A DNA stretch of 64,000 nucleotides, from positions 2,208,001 through 2,272,000 of the forward strand of contig CAXXJJ010000004.1 of the NCBI GenBank assembly GCA_963667015.2, given 5' to 3'. The position numbers and the translations under genes were made by a program. This DNA comes from Desulfatiglandales bacterium (GTDB lineage: Bacteria > Desulfobacterota > DSM-4660 > Desulfatiglandales > HGW-15). The notes beneath the pieces are model-generated. The model was not told where the DNA came from, ran no database searches, and saw nothing but the letters and a program-made list of their open reading frames with translations. Of the stretch, positions 10,424-20,038 are shown piece by piece. Positions within the stretch are counted from its first letter, which is position 1. Every line of letters starts with the position of its first letter.

Positions 10424-10737
10424 GACTTTTCCTTTCTTTCATAAATAATTTATCGCACAAATGTTTCTTATACCCCGGCAATTACTGCCTGATTAGTGCA
10501 TGATTTACTGGAAAGTTGCCGTTTCTGAATAAAAATCAGTTACCAGTTAGTCTATGTAGTCGTTTATCATCTGGTAAAGTTACATTTTTTAAGTTTCTTT
10601 TTAAGAAAACTGATTTTTTTACAAATCGGGATGAATGCTATAAAACCAATATATATACCAGTTACAAAGTATCCGGATCTTAAAATTCGATAACTAAAAA
10701 AATTCTATAGCGAGAAAGGAAAAATAGTATTGAAAAG

Positions 10738-10761
10738 ACTCAGGGGAGCTGGCCCCTGAGT
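10738..10761 (-). terminator. Intrinsic terminator downstream of the EthD-family gene
   Basis: Hairpin ACTCAGGGG-agctgg-CCCCTGAGT followed on the minus strand by CTTTT. Confidence 0.65.
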
Positions 10762-10799
10762 TATACTTAATTAAACAGACTGATTTAATATAATTATTT

Positions 10800-11138
10800 T
10801 CATATATTATCAAGAATTACATGTTCTTCAGCAATCCAAAGCCCCCCGGGTTTCATTTCGGCAAATTTTGATCCATCTATCACCAGTTCTTTGCCTGCAT
10901 CAGAATGGATAAACTCCATCGCCCGTTTAAATGAATTAATATCATCGTACCACATCTCGACAATGCCATCTCCCTCATATTCCATGCCCGGCATATCAAC
11001 AAAATGGTTCTGGACATATTTTCTCACACCCGGTATCAGTTTTGCTGCCAGGGGAGCATGCTGTTCTTTCCAGTATTTATTGTATTCATCCCGTGTCAAT
11101 CCTGTTTTCCTGTGGGCAAGCGCGATAGATTTGATCAT
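10800..11138 (-). CDS. EthD family protein
   Basis: RKTGLTRDEYNKYWKEQHAPLA..PGVRKYVQNH, EGDGIVEMWY. Confidence 0.85.
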   Translation of the reverse strand: MIKSIALAHRKTGLTRDEYNKYWKEQHAPLAAKLIPGVRKYVQNHFVDMPGMEYEGDGIVEMWYDDINSFKRAMEFIHSDAGKELVIDGSKFAEMKPGGLWIAEEHVILDNI

Positions 11139-11288
11139 AATATCTCCTCCTTAAAATGATGGTTTGTATTGGACAGTTTATTTTTTAAATGAGGCAGCTT
11201 CAACAATAACAGGGTTGACTATAATAATAAAATAAAATTATATCGTAAGTTATAAAACGATAACATCCTTAGTGAAAAGGAGTCCAAA

Positions 11289-11708
11289 ATGGAAGACTGT
11301 ATTTTCTGTAAAATTATAAAAGGTGAGATCCCGAGTTTTAAAGTTTATGAAGACGAAAATGTCTTTGCATTTGAAGATATAAATCCGATAGCCGAAGGTC
11401 ATACCCTTGTTATACCTAAAAAACATGCCAGGGATCTATGGGAAATAGATGATGAATCCCTTACCGCTGTTCAGCTTGCTTCAAAAAAAATAATCGATGC
11501 AATTAACAGGGCATTAAAACCCTCAGGTGTTGCGGCAATGCAGCTTAATGGCGAAAGTGTAGGACAGACTGTTCTTCATTATCATCTGCATTTAATCCCC
11601 AGACTCGAGGGCAACCCTTCCCTGCCTATAGCGCGCTGGAAGATGACGCCTGGAGATATGGATAAAATAAAGGAAACTGCGGAAAAAATAAGGGAAGCAA
11701 TTATTTAA
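11289..11708 (+). CDS. HIT family hydrolase
   Basis: DCIFCKI, GHTLVIPK, histidine triad HYHLHLIP. Confidence 0.95.
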   Translation: MEDCIFCKIIKGEIPSFKVYEDENVFAFEDINPIAEGHTLVIPKKHARDLWEIDDESLTAVQLASKKIIDAINRALKPSGVAAMQLNGESVGQTVLHYHLHLIPRLEGNPSLPIARWKMTPGDMDKIKETAEKIREAII

Positions 11709-14636
11709 TTATTTATATGCAATACATCTGAACCCAAGGATATTGGAGCAGGTCTTCGCATCAAGCAGAAATCTCTGTGTTAATCTGATATTCTCACCAG
11801 AAACCCAGCTTCCGCCTTTGGTTACATAAATACTTCTATCGGGCACCGAATCACCGGTGCTCGTCCATTCAAGAACATTTCCAATAAGATCATACACACC
11901 AAAGTTATTGGCCGCATCTTCAAATTCATCGACCGGTGTTGTAGCGCCGATGGCGGATGCCTCAATATTGCACAGGCCTTCCTTCATTTCCTGTCCCCAT
12001 GGGTAATCAAATCCTCTTGCTGTCCTTGAAGCCGCTTCCCACTCTTCTTCTGTGGGGAGTCTCTTTCCGGTCCAGGCTGCAAAGGCCATGGCATCTTCAA
12101 GGCTTACCTGGACGACCGGATGGTTTCTTTTTCCATGAAGTGAGCTGCCCGGCCCCTCGGGTTTAAACCAGCATGCGCCCTTCACATTTTCGTTCTCGAG
12201 CGCAGAGTTCCATTCAAGGGTTTTCATACCGCTTTCTTCATCTACTGTATTTCGATAACGCCCTTTATATACTACTCCATAACCTGTACGTTCTGCAGTT
12301 GTTACATAACCTGTTTTTTCAATAAACAGCTCAAACAGATGATTTGTCACGGGAAACTTCCCGAAGTAAAAATCCGGAAGCTGGGTATATCCTTCTTTTA
12401 TTTCATTACTGTCGGGTGCCGCATGCCCTGTTAAATATTTACCTCCGGGTATAAGAAGATACCTGTTATAATATCTTTCGGTCTCGGACAGCATTTTGTC
12501 GAATTTATCCGCCAGGAGCAGGGCCTTTTGCCTGCCTTCTTCGCTGGTGTATCCGCTGGCATCATAATCATCAAGTATCTCCTCCAGGGTATCATCATAT
12601 TCCCCGTCTTTTGCATCTTCAACTTCATCCTGGCTGTCATTTTCATCATCAGGAGCAACAATGATTTCTATTTCCTCATAATCATCGTCTTCCAGATCAT
12701 CGATCGGTTCCTCCTCTATATCATCTTCCGGTATTCCTTCTGATTCGTTCTCCGGAAGTTCTTCTATTTCTCCAAGCTCTGAATCCTTTAAATCGTCTTC
12801 GACTATCTCTTCCAGTTCACTATCTTCAGCATCTTCAACCTCTATTTCCTCATAATCATCGTCTTCCAGCTCATCAACAAGTTCTTCCTCAACGTCCTCT
12901 TCCGGATGGTCTTCTATTTCTTCAAGCCCTACATCCTCTAAATCCTCATCACCGGCGCCTTCTACTATCTCTTCCAGCTCATTATTCTCTGCATCTTCAA
13001 CCTCTATTTCCTCATAGTCATCGTCTTCCAGCTCATCAACAAGTTCTTCCTCAACATCCTCTTCCGGTACGTCCTCAAACTCATCCTCCGGATGGTCTTC
13101 TATTTTTTCAATATCTGCATCTTCCAGATACTCTTCTCCATCGTCTTCTATTATCTCTTCCAGTTCGTCATCCTTGGCATCCTCCAGCTCTACTTCCTCA
13201 TAGTTATCTTCTTCAGGTTCATCAACCAGTTCTTCCTCAATCTCCTCCTCCGGGAGATCTTCTATTTCTTCTACCTCTGATATCGCGTTTCCACCATCTT
13301 CCTCAAGAATCTCTTCAAGGTCATCTTCTTCCGCATCCTCAACTTCTAATTCCTCATAGTCATCGGCCTCAGACTCATCAACAAGTTCTTCTGCTATCTC
13401 TTCTTCCGGGACTTCTTCGAACTCATCCTCAGGAAGTTCTTCTATATCTTCTAGCTCTGATATCGCGTTTCCACCATCTTCCTCAAAAATCTCTTCAAGG
13501 TCATCATCTTCCGCATCCTCAACTTCTAAGTCCTCATAGTCATCGGCCTCAGACTCATCAACAAGTTCTTCTGCTATCTCTTCTTCCGGGATATCTTCGA
13601 ACTCATCCTCAGGAAGTTCTTCTATATCTTCTAGCTCTGATATCGCATCTCCACCATCTTCCGCAAGAATCTCTTCAAGGTCATCTTCTTCCGCATCCTC
13701 AACTTCTAAGTCCTCATAGTCATCGGCCTCAAACTCATCAACCAGCTCTTCCTCTATTTCATCTTCCGGGACTTCTTCAAACTCTGAGTCACCTATCTCT
13801 TCTTCACCAGCCTCTTCGGGAATATCTTCCAGTTCACCATCTTCAACCGCTATCTCCTTATAGTCATCGGCCTCAGGCTCATCAACCGGCTCTTCCGCTA
13901 TTTCATCTTCCGGGACTTCTTCAAACTCGTCCTCCGGAATTTCTTCATACTTATATTCATATTCTACATCCTGCTCACCTTCACCATCAGTTCCATGGAT
14001 AAAATGCAGACCATTGGAATCATCATCTCCTCTTGCCACTGTCCCTGTTCCATCTTCATCCAGGCTGTATTTCTGACTGTTGAGGCTGTTTCCTGAAGTA
14101 TCGATCGTAATACCGACCTTGCCGGATATCTCTTTTATGATTTCCTTAAGCTGTTCGTATTTATCATCATTTTCAAGACTGTTATCTTTATTCGATATGA
14201 AGTCATTTATGACATTAAGAACATCGGCTATCTTACTCAGAGGCATCTGGTTGCCGCCATCCTCACCATATGAAAAGGCTTCAAGCATTTCACTTTTTGC
14301 CTCATCCGACATATCAAATACATTTTTTTGCCCTATTATTATTCCTTCAGAATTTTTCCCTTCTTCATACAGTTTTTTAAGATCAGCATTCACAGTTGAT
14401 TTAATACTGTTGAAATTCTTTCGCCTGTTTCTAATAACTGATGGGTCATCACCTGTATCCCAGAGCGACTTTACCAGAAAATCAGTGTCGATCTCTTTTA
14501 CAGAAGCGACCTCTCCCCTGATTCTATACTGCTCTCTGATGGCATAGACGAGCTTATATTTTAGAGCCCTTTTATTATTATAACGAAGGTTCTCTAATGC
14601 CTCATCAATCCCTTCAAATGTAACGATTGCCCTCAA
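11709..14636 (-). CDS. Large protein: N-terminal unknown domain, about 500-aa D/E-rich repeats, C-terminal FGE-sulfatase (SUMF1) domain
   Basis: FPVTNHLF, HPVVQVSLEDAMAFAAWTGKRLPTEEEWEAA, NNFGVYDLIGNVLEW, GGSW, GFRC; TTG start. Confidence 0.85.
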   Translation of the reverse strand: MRAIVTFEGIDEALENLRYNNKRALKYKLVYAIREQYRIRGEVASVKEIDTDFLVKSLWDTGDDPSVIRNRRKNFNSIKSTVNADLKKLYEEGKNSEGIIIGQKNVFDMSDEAKSEMLEAFSYGEDGGNQMPLSKIADVLNVINDFISNKDNSLENDDKYEQLKEIIKEISGKVGITIDTSGNSLNSQKYSLDEDGTGTVARGDDDSNGLHFIHGTDGEGEQDVEYEYKYEEIPEDEFEEVPEDEIAEEPVDEPEADDYKEIAVEDGELEDIPEEAGEEEIGDSEFEEVPEDEIEEELVDEFEADDYEDLEVEDAEEDDLEEILAEDGGDAISELEDIEELPEDEFEDIPEEEIAEELVDESEADDYEDLEVEDAEDDDLEEIFEEDGGNAISELEDIEELPEDEFEEVPEEEIAEELVDESEADDYEELEVEDAEEDDLEEILEEDGGNAISEVEEIEDLPEEEIEEELVDEPEEDNYEEVELEDAKDDELEEIIEDDGEEYLEDADIEKIEDHPEDEFEDVPEEDVEEELVDELEDDDYEEIEVEDAENNELEEIVEGAGDEDLEDVGLEEIEDHPEEDVEEELVDELEDDDYEEIEVEDAEDSELEEIVEDDLKDSELGEIEELPENESEGIPEDDIEEEPIDDLEDDDYEEIEIIVAPDDENDSQDEVEDAKDGEYDDTLEEILDDYDASGYTSEEGRQKALLLADKFDKMLSETERYYNRYLLIPGGKYLTGHAAPDSNEIKEGYTQLPDFYFGKFPVTNHLFELFIEKTGYVTTAERTGYGVVYKGRYRNTVDEESGMKTLEWNSALENENVKGACWFKPEGPGSSLHGKRNHPVVQVSLEDAMAFAAWTGKRLPTEEEWEAASRTARGFDYPWGQEMKEGLCNIEASAIGATTPVDEFEDAANNFGVYDLIGNVLEWTSTGDSVPDRSIYVTKGGSWVSGENIRLTQRFLLDAKTCSNILGFRCIAYK
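12650..13950. repeat. Intragenic degenerate tandem repeat, about 8 units; three near-identical units with 180-bp period
   Basis: Lines starting 13261, 13441 and 13621 are nearly identical; D(D/N)Y(E/K)(E/D) cores recur 8 times in the protein. Confidence 0.9.
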
Positions 14637-14945
14637 ATTATACCCCTGAACCCTTATTCATACATTTTTGCTGTAAATTTACTTTATTTACACTCTTTTA
14701 AGCAGGAATCGTGCCTATTCATGAACATGAAAAACAGCCGTTTATTGCATTTTTCTTGGACAAATTTGAGAAAAAGACGGATTACTCTTCATATCACGTC
14801 ATTATTTTGACGACATCTGGATATTATTTCTGCAATTTCACAGAATTATATGCACATCGCCTGTTACTTTAGGTGGCATAATATTTGCAAATTTTTAGAA
14901 AATATTAAGAAGAGCAGGAGATAATGGCCGGGGCACATTATATTT

Positions 14946-15722
14946 ATGGGAAAAATCATATGCATTTCAAGTCAGAAAGGCGGAGTTGGAAAAACTACAA
15001 CTGCGATAAATCTTTCTACTGCTCTGGCTCTGGCAGAACAGAATACACTGCTTCTGGACCTTGATTTCCAGGGACATGCTACAGGTGTACTTGCCTCCTC
15101 CGGGAGGAAACAGGGATTGAGTATTTATGAGGTGTTAAACGGTAAAAATCCCATTGAAGATGCCGTAATAGATACAGGAGTAGATTTTTTAAAACTGATT
15201 CCTGCTGATACCAGGCTTATAAATATAGACTATGACCTGAACGTGGGACCCGGGAAAGAATTCCCGCTGAAAGAACAGCTTAACAGGATTAAAAAGGATT
15301 TTGCCTATATTATAATTGACAGCCCGGCCTCTTTTAATCTTCTCGGATTAAATGGAATTATGGCAGCTGACAATATTTTAATCCCGTTACAATGTGAATA
15401 TTTTGCACTGGAATCATTGGCACAGTATTTTAAAATCTTTAATGGTCTAAAGAAAAAACATGGATTTCAGACAGAGATAGGCGGAATATTATTGAATATG
15501 CATAACCCTCATGAGTTTCTTTCTGCACAGATTGCCAGCAGTGTTAAAAAAGGTTTTGACGGCATGGTCTATAGAACTGTCATTCCGAGATGCCGCAGCA
15601 TAAGGGAATCAGCAAGTCATGGAAAAGCTATAATCCTAACCGATATTGCATCTGAAGGAGCAAAAAGCTTTATCTCCCTCGCGAGGGAAATAATTGTAAA
15701 CATGCATTCTTCACAGGAGTAA
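14946..15722 (+). CDS. ParA/Soj family ATPase (no parB adjacent)
   Basis: Deviant Walker A KGGVGKTT, DLDFQG, YIIIDSP, PLQCEYFALE, IPR..IRES.SHG. Confidence 0.9.
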   Translation: MGKIICISSQKGGVGKTTTAINLSTALALAEQNTLLLDLDFQGHATGVLASSGRKQGLSIYEVLNGKNPIEDAVIDTGVDFLKLIPADTRLINIDYDLNVGPGKEFPLKEQLNRIKKDFAYIIIDSPASFNLLGLNGIMAADNILIPLQCEYFALESLAQYFKIFNGLKKKHGFQTEIGGILLNMHNPHEFLSAQIASSVKKGFDGMVYRTVIPRCRSIRESASHGKAIILTDIASEGAKSFISLAREIIVNMHSSQE

Positions 15723-15725
15723 AGA

Positions 15726-16313
15726 ATGAAAATCACAGATTCTGAAATTATAAAAAACGGCGAGCAGGAATTGATTGATGCAATAACCGCTGACCTGGAC
15801 TGGGGTGCAATTGAAGAGGTTTTTCTAAAAGAGCATAACCTGGGAATTGAAGAGGACATTGAATATAAAAGCGGTGATATTGTGGCTGTTGATAACCAGA
15901 TCGCCTATAAACTTGAATTTGAGGTAAAGGTAAATCTTTCTGTTTTAATTAACAGGAATGGCGAATACCTTTCAGTAAACATATCCAATCGTCATGCAAA
16001 TCCTGAAGAAGATGTTGAAACTGATATTAGTAACGAACCGGCAGGACCTGAAACAGATGCGGATATAGAATTGCAGACTGAAGAGCCGGTATATGAAAGC
16101 ATCGATGAAGAAACTGCAGGCGAAGAAAATGACAATTTACCTGATGATACAGACGAAATTCAATATGTAACAAACGATGGAGTTGAGGATATAGAAGAAA
16201 GCATCTCTGAAGATAGAGATTTTGCCCCATTTGGCGATTTATCTGATAGCAGCAGTGATGATATGGGTCAGAAGGTTGATGATATACTTGAAAATATTAA
16301 AAAGGCCGGATGA
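15726..16313 (+). CDS. Hypothetical protein, folded N-terminal 90 aa plus acidic tail
   Basis: Starts 3 bp after parA; C-terminal half D/E-rich. Confidence 0.75.
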   Translation: MKITDSEIIKNGEQELIDAITADLDWGAIEEVFLKEHNLGIEEDIEYKSGDIVAVDNQIAYKLEFEVKVNLSVLINRNGEYLSVNISNRHANPEEDVETDISNEPAGPETDADIELQTEEPVYESIDEETAGEENDNLPDDTDEIQYVTNDGVEDIEESISEDRDFAPFGDLSDSSSDDMGQKVDDILENIKKAG

Positions 16314-16349
16314 TCATTTCGGAAGTAAAAAAGAAAAACAGGAAAAATT

Positions 16350-17723
16350 ATGACCGATGAAACTTTGCAGGAAAGCAATGATAATAAAGATACCGGAACA
16401 GATAAAGGTCAGGCTGAAACTCAGGGCAACGGGGTAAACAACCTTGAGCTCATTAGAGAATTTAATGATATCCTGGGGACTCATATCGAACGGCTTCTGG
16501 ATACCCGTTATGGAATTGAAGGGCTTGAACTTAATATATTTTCTATTTCCTGTATCGTACTTCTTGCAACCCGTGAAACTGAAATAGAAACATTTCCGGC
16601 ACAACCGCCGTCTCGTTATACCGTTTCGAGTCTCACCGAAGAACTTGCTGAGATGAGTATCGAGCCTGACAGTGAAATCAATAAAGTTATCGAAGATATG
16701 ACAGGCAAGAGTTATTTAAAGATAAATGATGAACGCCTTTTCAGTGATAAATCTATGGGCAGCATGGCCCAGCTCTTTGATCGCATCTTTCCCAAGATGC
16801 CGGGTCTGAATCTGGTTGCATACCTTGGGCAAATGATAGATGAGGTTTTAGCCGGGAGGAAAGCACAGGTAGAAGCATCCAGGCAGTTTAACCAGATGCT
16901 GGAACTGCAGGGAGTTTCTATTAATGAACCGGCAGCACCTAAGCCAGCAAAAAAGAAATTTTCTCACCTCCGCTTAGGAGATGACAGCCCTCCTCCTCCT
17001 CAAAAGGTAAGAAGGCCTGTAGTTATGCCAGGCAAACCTGCAAATATTTTCAGTCAGCTGAAAACAGGTAATGTTATAAAAACAACTGCCACAGTAAGGC
17101 AAGATATATCACCTCCGCCTGAAGAAGTAATAGCAGGTGCTCCTGATGCATCAGCCGAAAGTAGAATAGAAACGAATAACATGCCTGCTGAGACACCAGA
17201 GCCTCAAAAGACTGTCCATGCAGCTGCCGCTGAGCCCGAAGTAATTGAAGAAGTAAAGGATACAGATGTTCCTGAAACAACAGAAGAGCAGGAAAGCGTA
17301 TCTGACAACTTTGAGCCGGTTGATGACAGGGAGATTGAAGACAGGATACTTGAATTTGAGGGACAGCTTGGCCTTAAATGTCCCTTCTGCGGCAATGGCA
17401 GCATTAAAACAAGTGAGACCGCAAAAGGAAAAGCCTATTATCACTGCTCGAGCAGTGAATGTAATTTCATAAGCTGGGGAAAGCCATATTACTTTGACTG
17501 TCCCAAATGCGACAGCAATTTTTTAATCGAGATCACTGACAGCAGCGGCAAGAGTTTCCTGAAATGCCCCAAGGCAACTTGTACACACTGGCAGAAATTC
17601 CCGTGGGATATATCAGACCAGGGCACTAAAGCCCCAGGCAATGAGACTGATTCAGGAGCGGTTATCAGCAAGCCCAAAAGAAAAGTACGAAGAAGGGTTG
17701 TGCGAAGGAAAAAATCCTCCTGA
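16350..17723 (+). CDS. Hypothetical protein with C-terminal topoisomerase-type C4 zinc ribbons and a basic tail
   Basis: CPFCG..YYHCSSSECNFISWGKP..CPKC..LKCPKATC; tail KPKRKVRRRVVRRKKSS. Confidence 0.75.
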   Translation: MTDETLQESNDNKDTGTDKGQAETQGNGVNNLELIREFNDILGTHIERLLDTRYGIEGLELNIFSISCIVLLATRETEIETFPAQPPSRYTVSSLTEELAEMSIEPDSEINKVIEDMTGKSYLKINDERLFSDKSMGSMAQLFDRIFPKMPGLNLVAYLGQMIDEVLAGRKAQVEASRQFNQMLELQGVSINEPAAPKPAKKKFSHLRLGDDSPPPPQKVRRPVVMPGKPANIFSQLKTGNVIKTTATVRQDISPPPEEVIAGAPDASAESRIETNNMPAETPEPQKTVHAAAAEPEVIEEVKDTDVPETTEEQESVSDNFEPVDDREIEDRILEFEGQLGLKCPFCGNGSIKTSETAKGKAYYHCSSSECNFISWGKPYYFDCPKCDSNFLIEITDSSGKSFLKCPKATCTHWQKFPWDISDQGTKAPGNETDSGAVISKPKRKVRRRVVRRKKSS

Positions 17724-17758
17724 TCACGATTTTATCAGGCTGCAATATCTTTTTCGGC

Positions 17759-18667
17759 TTATTCTCCTGTTTTACCGATCGGCCTTACAGACATAACTGC
17801 AGATCCTGCCTTACGCATGACTCTTTCTGTTGTTGCCCCTACAAACAATGAATCAACCAGGCTGTGTCCCCGAACACCCAGTATTACAAGATCAATATCC
17901 TGGATATCTGCAAATTTAACAAGTTCTTCATGGGCAACACCTGCAAGCAGCCGTGTTTTTGGTTTGCACCAGTTATATGCCTCTTCGGGTACCAGGCCTT
18001 CAAGCTGATCCTTTAACTTCTTATGAAGACTTTTTCCTATCTCTTCTCTGGCGCCCTGGACAGATTTAGGCAGATCTTTGTATGAAGGCGGTTCCAGAAC
18101 GTGGACAAGATAAAGATCGGACTGATATTCCTGAGCCAGGCCGAGTCCATATTCCAGTGCCAGGTTTGAATCATCAGAAAAATCACATCCAACCAGAATT
18201 CTGCCAAACTTTATTTCATGACCTTTTGTGAGGGCAGAACCGTGAACCGTAAGAAGAGGACATGGGAGACTGTGCATGACATGCTCTGTGACGGACCCAA
18301 GCACCAGTCGCTTAAGACCGGACCGGCCTCTTGTTGCGGTTATGGCCAGGTCCACCTCATTTTCCTGTGCCAGACGCGTAATCTCATCTGCAGCACTTCC
18401 GATTGTAACAAGGGGCTCCCAGTCCACATCATATTTCTTCATAATACGTTTCATACGTTTATGGGCATAGTCCTCCATGTGGGTTAACTGGGATTCAAAG
18501 GCATAGGTAGCTTCACCATACATAGTCGCCGAAGACAGATCAATTACGTGGCACAAGTACAGTTTTGCCTTATACTCCTTTGCAAGAGAGGCACCGTAAA
18601 ATACGGCATTATTTGCCAGGTCGGAAAAATCAGTAGCGCATATGATTTTATTAAGTTTTACTCTCAT
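17759..18667 (-). CDS. Tandem-domain universal stress protein
   Basis: KIICATDFS and RILVGCDFS; GRSGLKRLVLGSVTEHV; start revised to 18667. Confidence 0.92.
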   Translation of the reverse strand: MRVKLNKIICATDFSDLANNAVFYGASLAKEYKAKLYLCHVIDLSSATMYGEATYAFESQLTHMEDYAHKRMKRIMKKYDVDWEPLVTIGSAADEITRLAQENEVDLAITATRGRSGLKRLVLGSVTEHVMHSLPCPLLTVHGSALTKGHEIKFGRILVGCDFSDDSNLALEYGLGLAQEYQSDLYLVHVLEPPSYKDLPKSVQGAREEIGKSLHKKLKDQLEGLVPEEAYNWCKPKTRLLAGVAHEELVKFADIQDIDLVILGVRGHSLVDSLFVGATTERVMRKAGSAVMSVRPIGKTGE

Positions 18668-18920
18668 GCCCCTACCCTCCTTTTTATGTGTTAATCCAAT
18701 TATCAAAAAAAATAACAGCACCAAGTATCAGCAAAAGACAGTAACAAAAAGAGCCTTACAGAATTTTCACAATTAATTTAGGTTGATGGGATTTGTACCG
18801 ATTAATCAAAATAGTTATCAGAGATATCTTCAATAAGCAAGCTATAACTAAGATAAAGCATTTAAAATTTGATGCAATAAAATTTGAAAACATACCTCTG
18901 ATATCTTTAAATATATCGAG

Positions 18921-18970
18921 TTGACAAACGCTATAAAATTACATATTATGAGTAGAATTTATACTCATAA
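18921..18970 (+). promoter_or_regulatory. Sigma70 promoter with overlapping palindromic operator
   Basis: TTGACA(18921)-N17-TATTAT(18944); inverted repeat TTATGAGTA-N7-TACTCATAA at 18946-18970. Confidence 0.75.
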
Positions 18971-18983
18971 AGAAGGTAAAGAA

Positions 18984-19567
18984 ATGAATGATCTATTTTC
19001 AGGACTGATAGCCTCAAAAACAAGAATAAAGCTCCTTGTAAGGCTGTTTTTTAATCCTGATGCAAGGTCATATCTGAGAGAACTGGCGGGTGAATTCATT
19101 AAAAGGTAATGAAATGAATGATCTATTTTCAGGTATCAACCAACGCAGTCCGTGAAGAGCTTAACCAGCTAACTAACACCCAATTCCTGGAATCCGAAAA
19201 AGACGGCAGACAGGTATTTTACAAGGCAAATAAAAGCCATCCCTTATTCCCCGAACTGAGATCAATGGTAAACAAGGTAATGGGCCTGGACCAGGTAATA
19301 GACAGTATTGTAACCAGACTGGGAGACCTGGAACTTGCCTACCTGCTGGATGACTACGCCCAGGGCAAGGATACCGGCATCATGGACCTGCTTTTGGTAG
19401 GAAATATAGACGAATATCACCTTAACGATTTGAGCAGAAAAACTGAACGATACATAAAGAGAAAGATTAGATCTCTTGTACTAACCAGAGAAGAATACAA
19501 TGAGCTGAAACCGAAGCTTGAAAGCCGGCCTAAGCTGCTGATCTGGGAAGCGAAGAACAAAAATTAG
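18984..19567 (+). pseudogene. Winged-helix (ArsR-like) regulator with nucleotidyltransferase-like C-domain, interrupted by a 32-nt insertion
   Basis: MNDLFSGLIASKTRIKLL..YLRELAGEF joins QVSTNAVREELNQL once 19098-19129 is removed; DDYAQGKDTGIMDLLLVG. Confidence 0.8.
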
Positions 19568-19700
19568 ATCCAGAGCTCAAAATGAGCTTAATTATAATGC
19601 GATTATCTATTTACCTGCGAGACATAAATGTAACTCAAAGGGCGGAGCTGTATTTTTCGTCAAAAGAAAAGGCCGGAAATAGTAAAGAGAATAAAAGCCC

Positions 19701-19729
19701 TTGATCATAGCCATTAAGCTAGCTATAAT
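19701..19729 (+). promoter_or_regulatory. Sigma70 promoter of TA operon with operator-like inverted repeat
   Basis: TTGATC-N17-TATAAT; TAGCCA-N6-TAGCTA spans the spacer and touches the -10. Confidence 0.65.
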
Positions 19730-19757
19730 TAAACCTAATATCATCAAGAGGTGAGTC

Positions 19758-20036
19758 ATGCAAGACCAGATATCAATCGCCGAGGCAAAAAATAAGTTGC
19801 CATCGATAATACATTATGTTGAGAAAGGCCCAAACATTCAACTGACAAGGCGGGGAAAGCCGGTAGCTGTACTATTATCTATCAGTGAGTATGAACGGCT
19901 CAGCCAAAAATCCACTAATTTCAGAAAAGCTCTCTTGAAATTCAGAGCGGGTATAAATATAGATGATACAGATATTACTGATGACGACTTTGAAGATTTG
20001 AGAGATACTGATTCAGGCCGAAAGATCGAGCTGTAA
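19758..20036 (+). CDS. Phd/YefM family antitoxin
   Basis: ISIAEAKNKLPSII..LTRRGKPVAVL. Confidence 0.92.
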   Translation: MQDQISIAEAKNKLPSIIHYVEKGPNIQLTRRGKPVAVLLSISEYERLSQKSTNFRKALLKFRAGINIDDTDITDDDFEDLRDTDSGRKIEL

Positions 20037-20038
20037 AA

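Noticed and set aside
11709..12480. FGE-sulfatase (C-type lectin fold) C-terminus as a diversity-generating retroelement target
   Set aside because: No reverse transcriptase in the window, and I saw no second copy of the 3' end differing at adenines
13261..13800. Regular repeats as a CRISPR array
   Set aside because: 180-bp in-frame coding repeats without unique spacers; no cas genes
16314..16604. Minus-strand 96-aa ORF
   Set aside because: Antisense to the 457-aa gene of the parA operon; no motif
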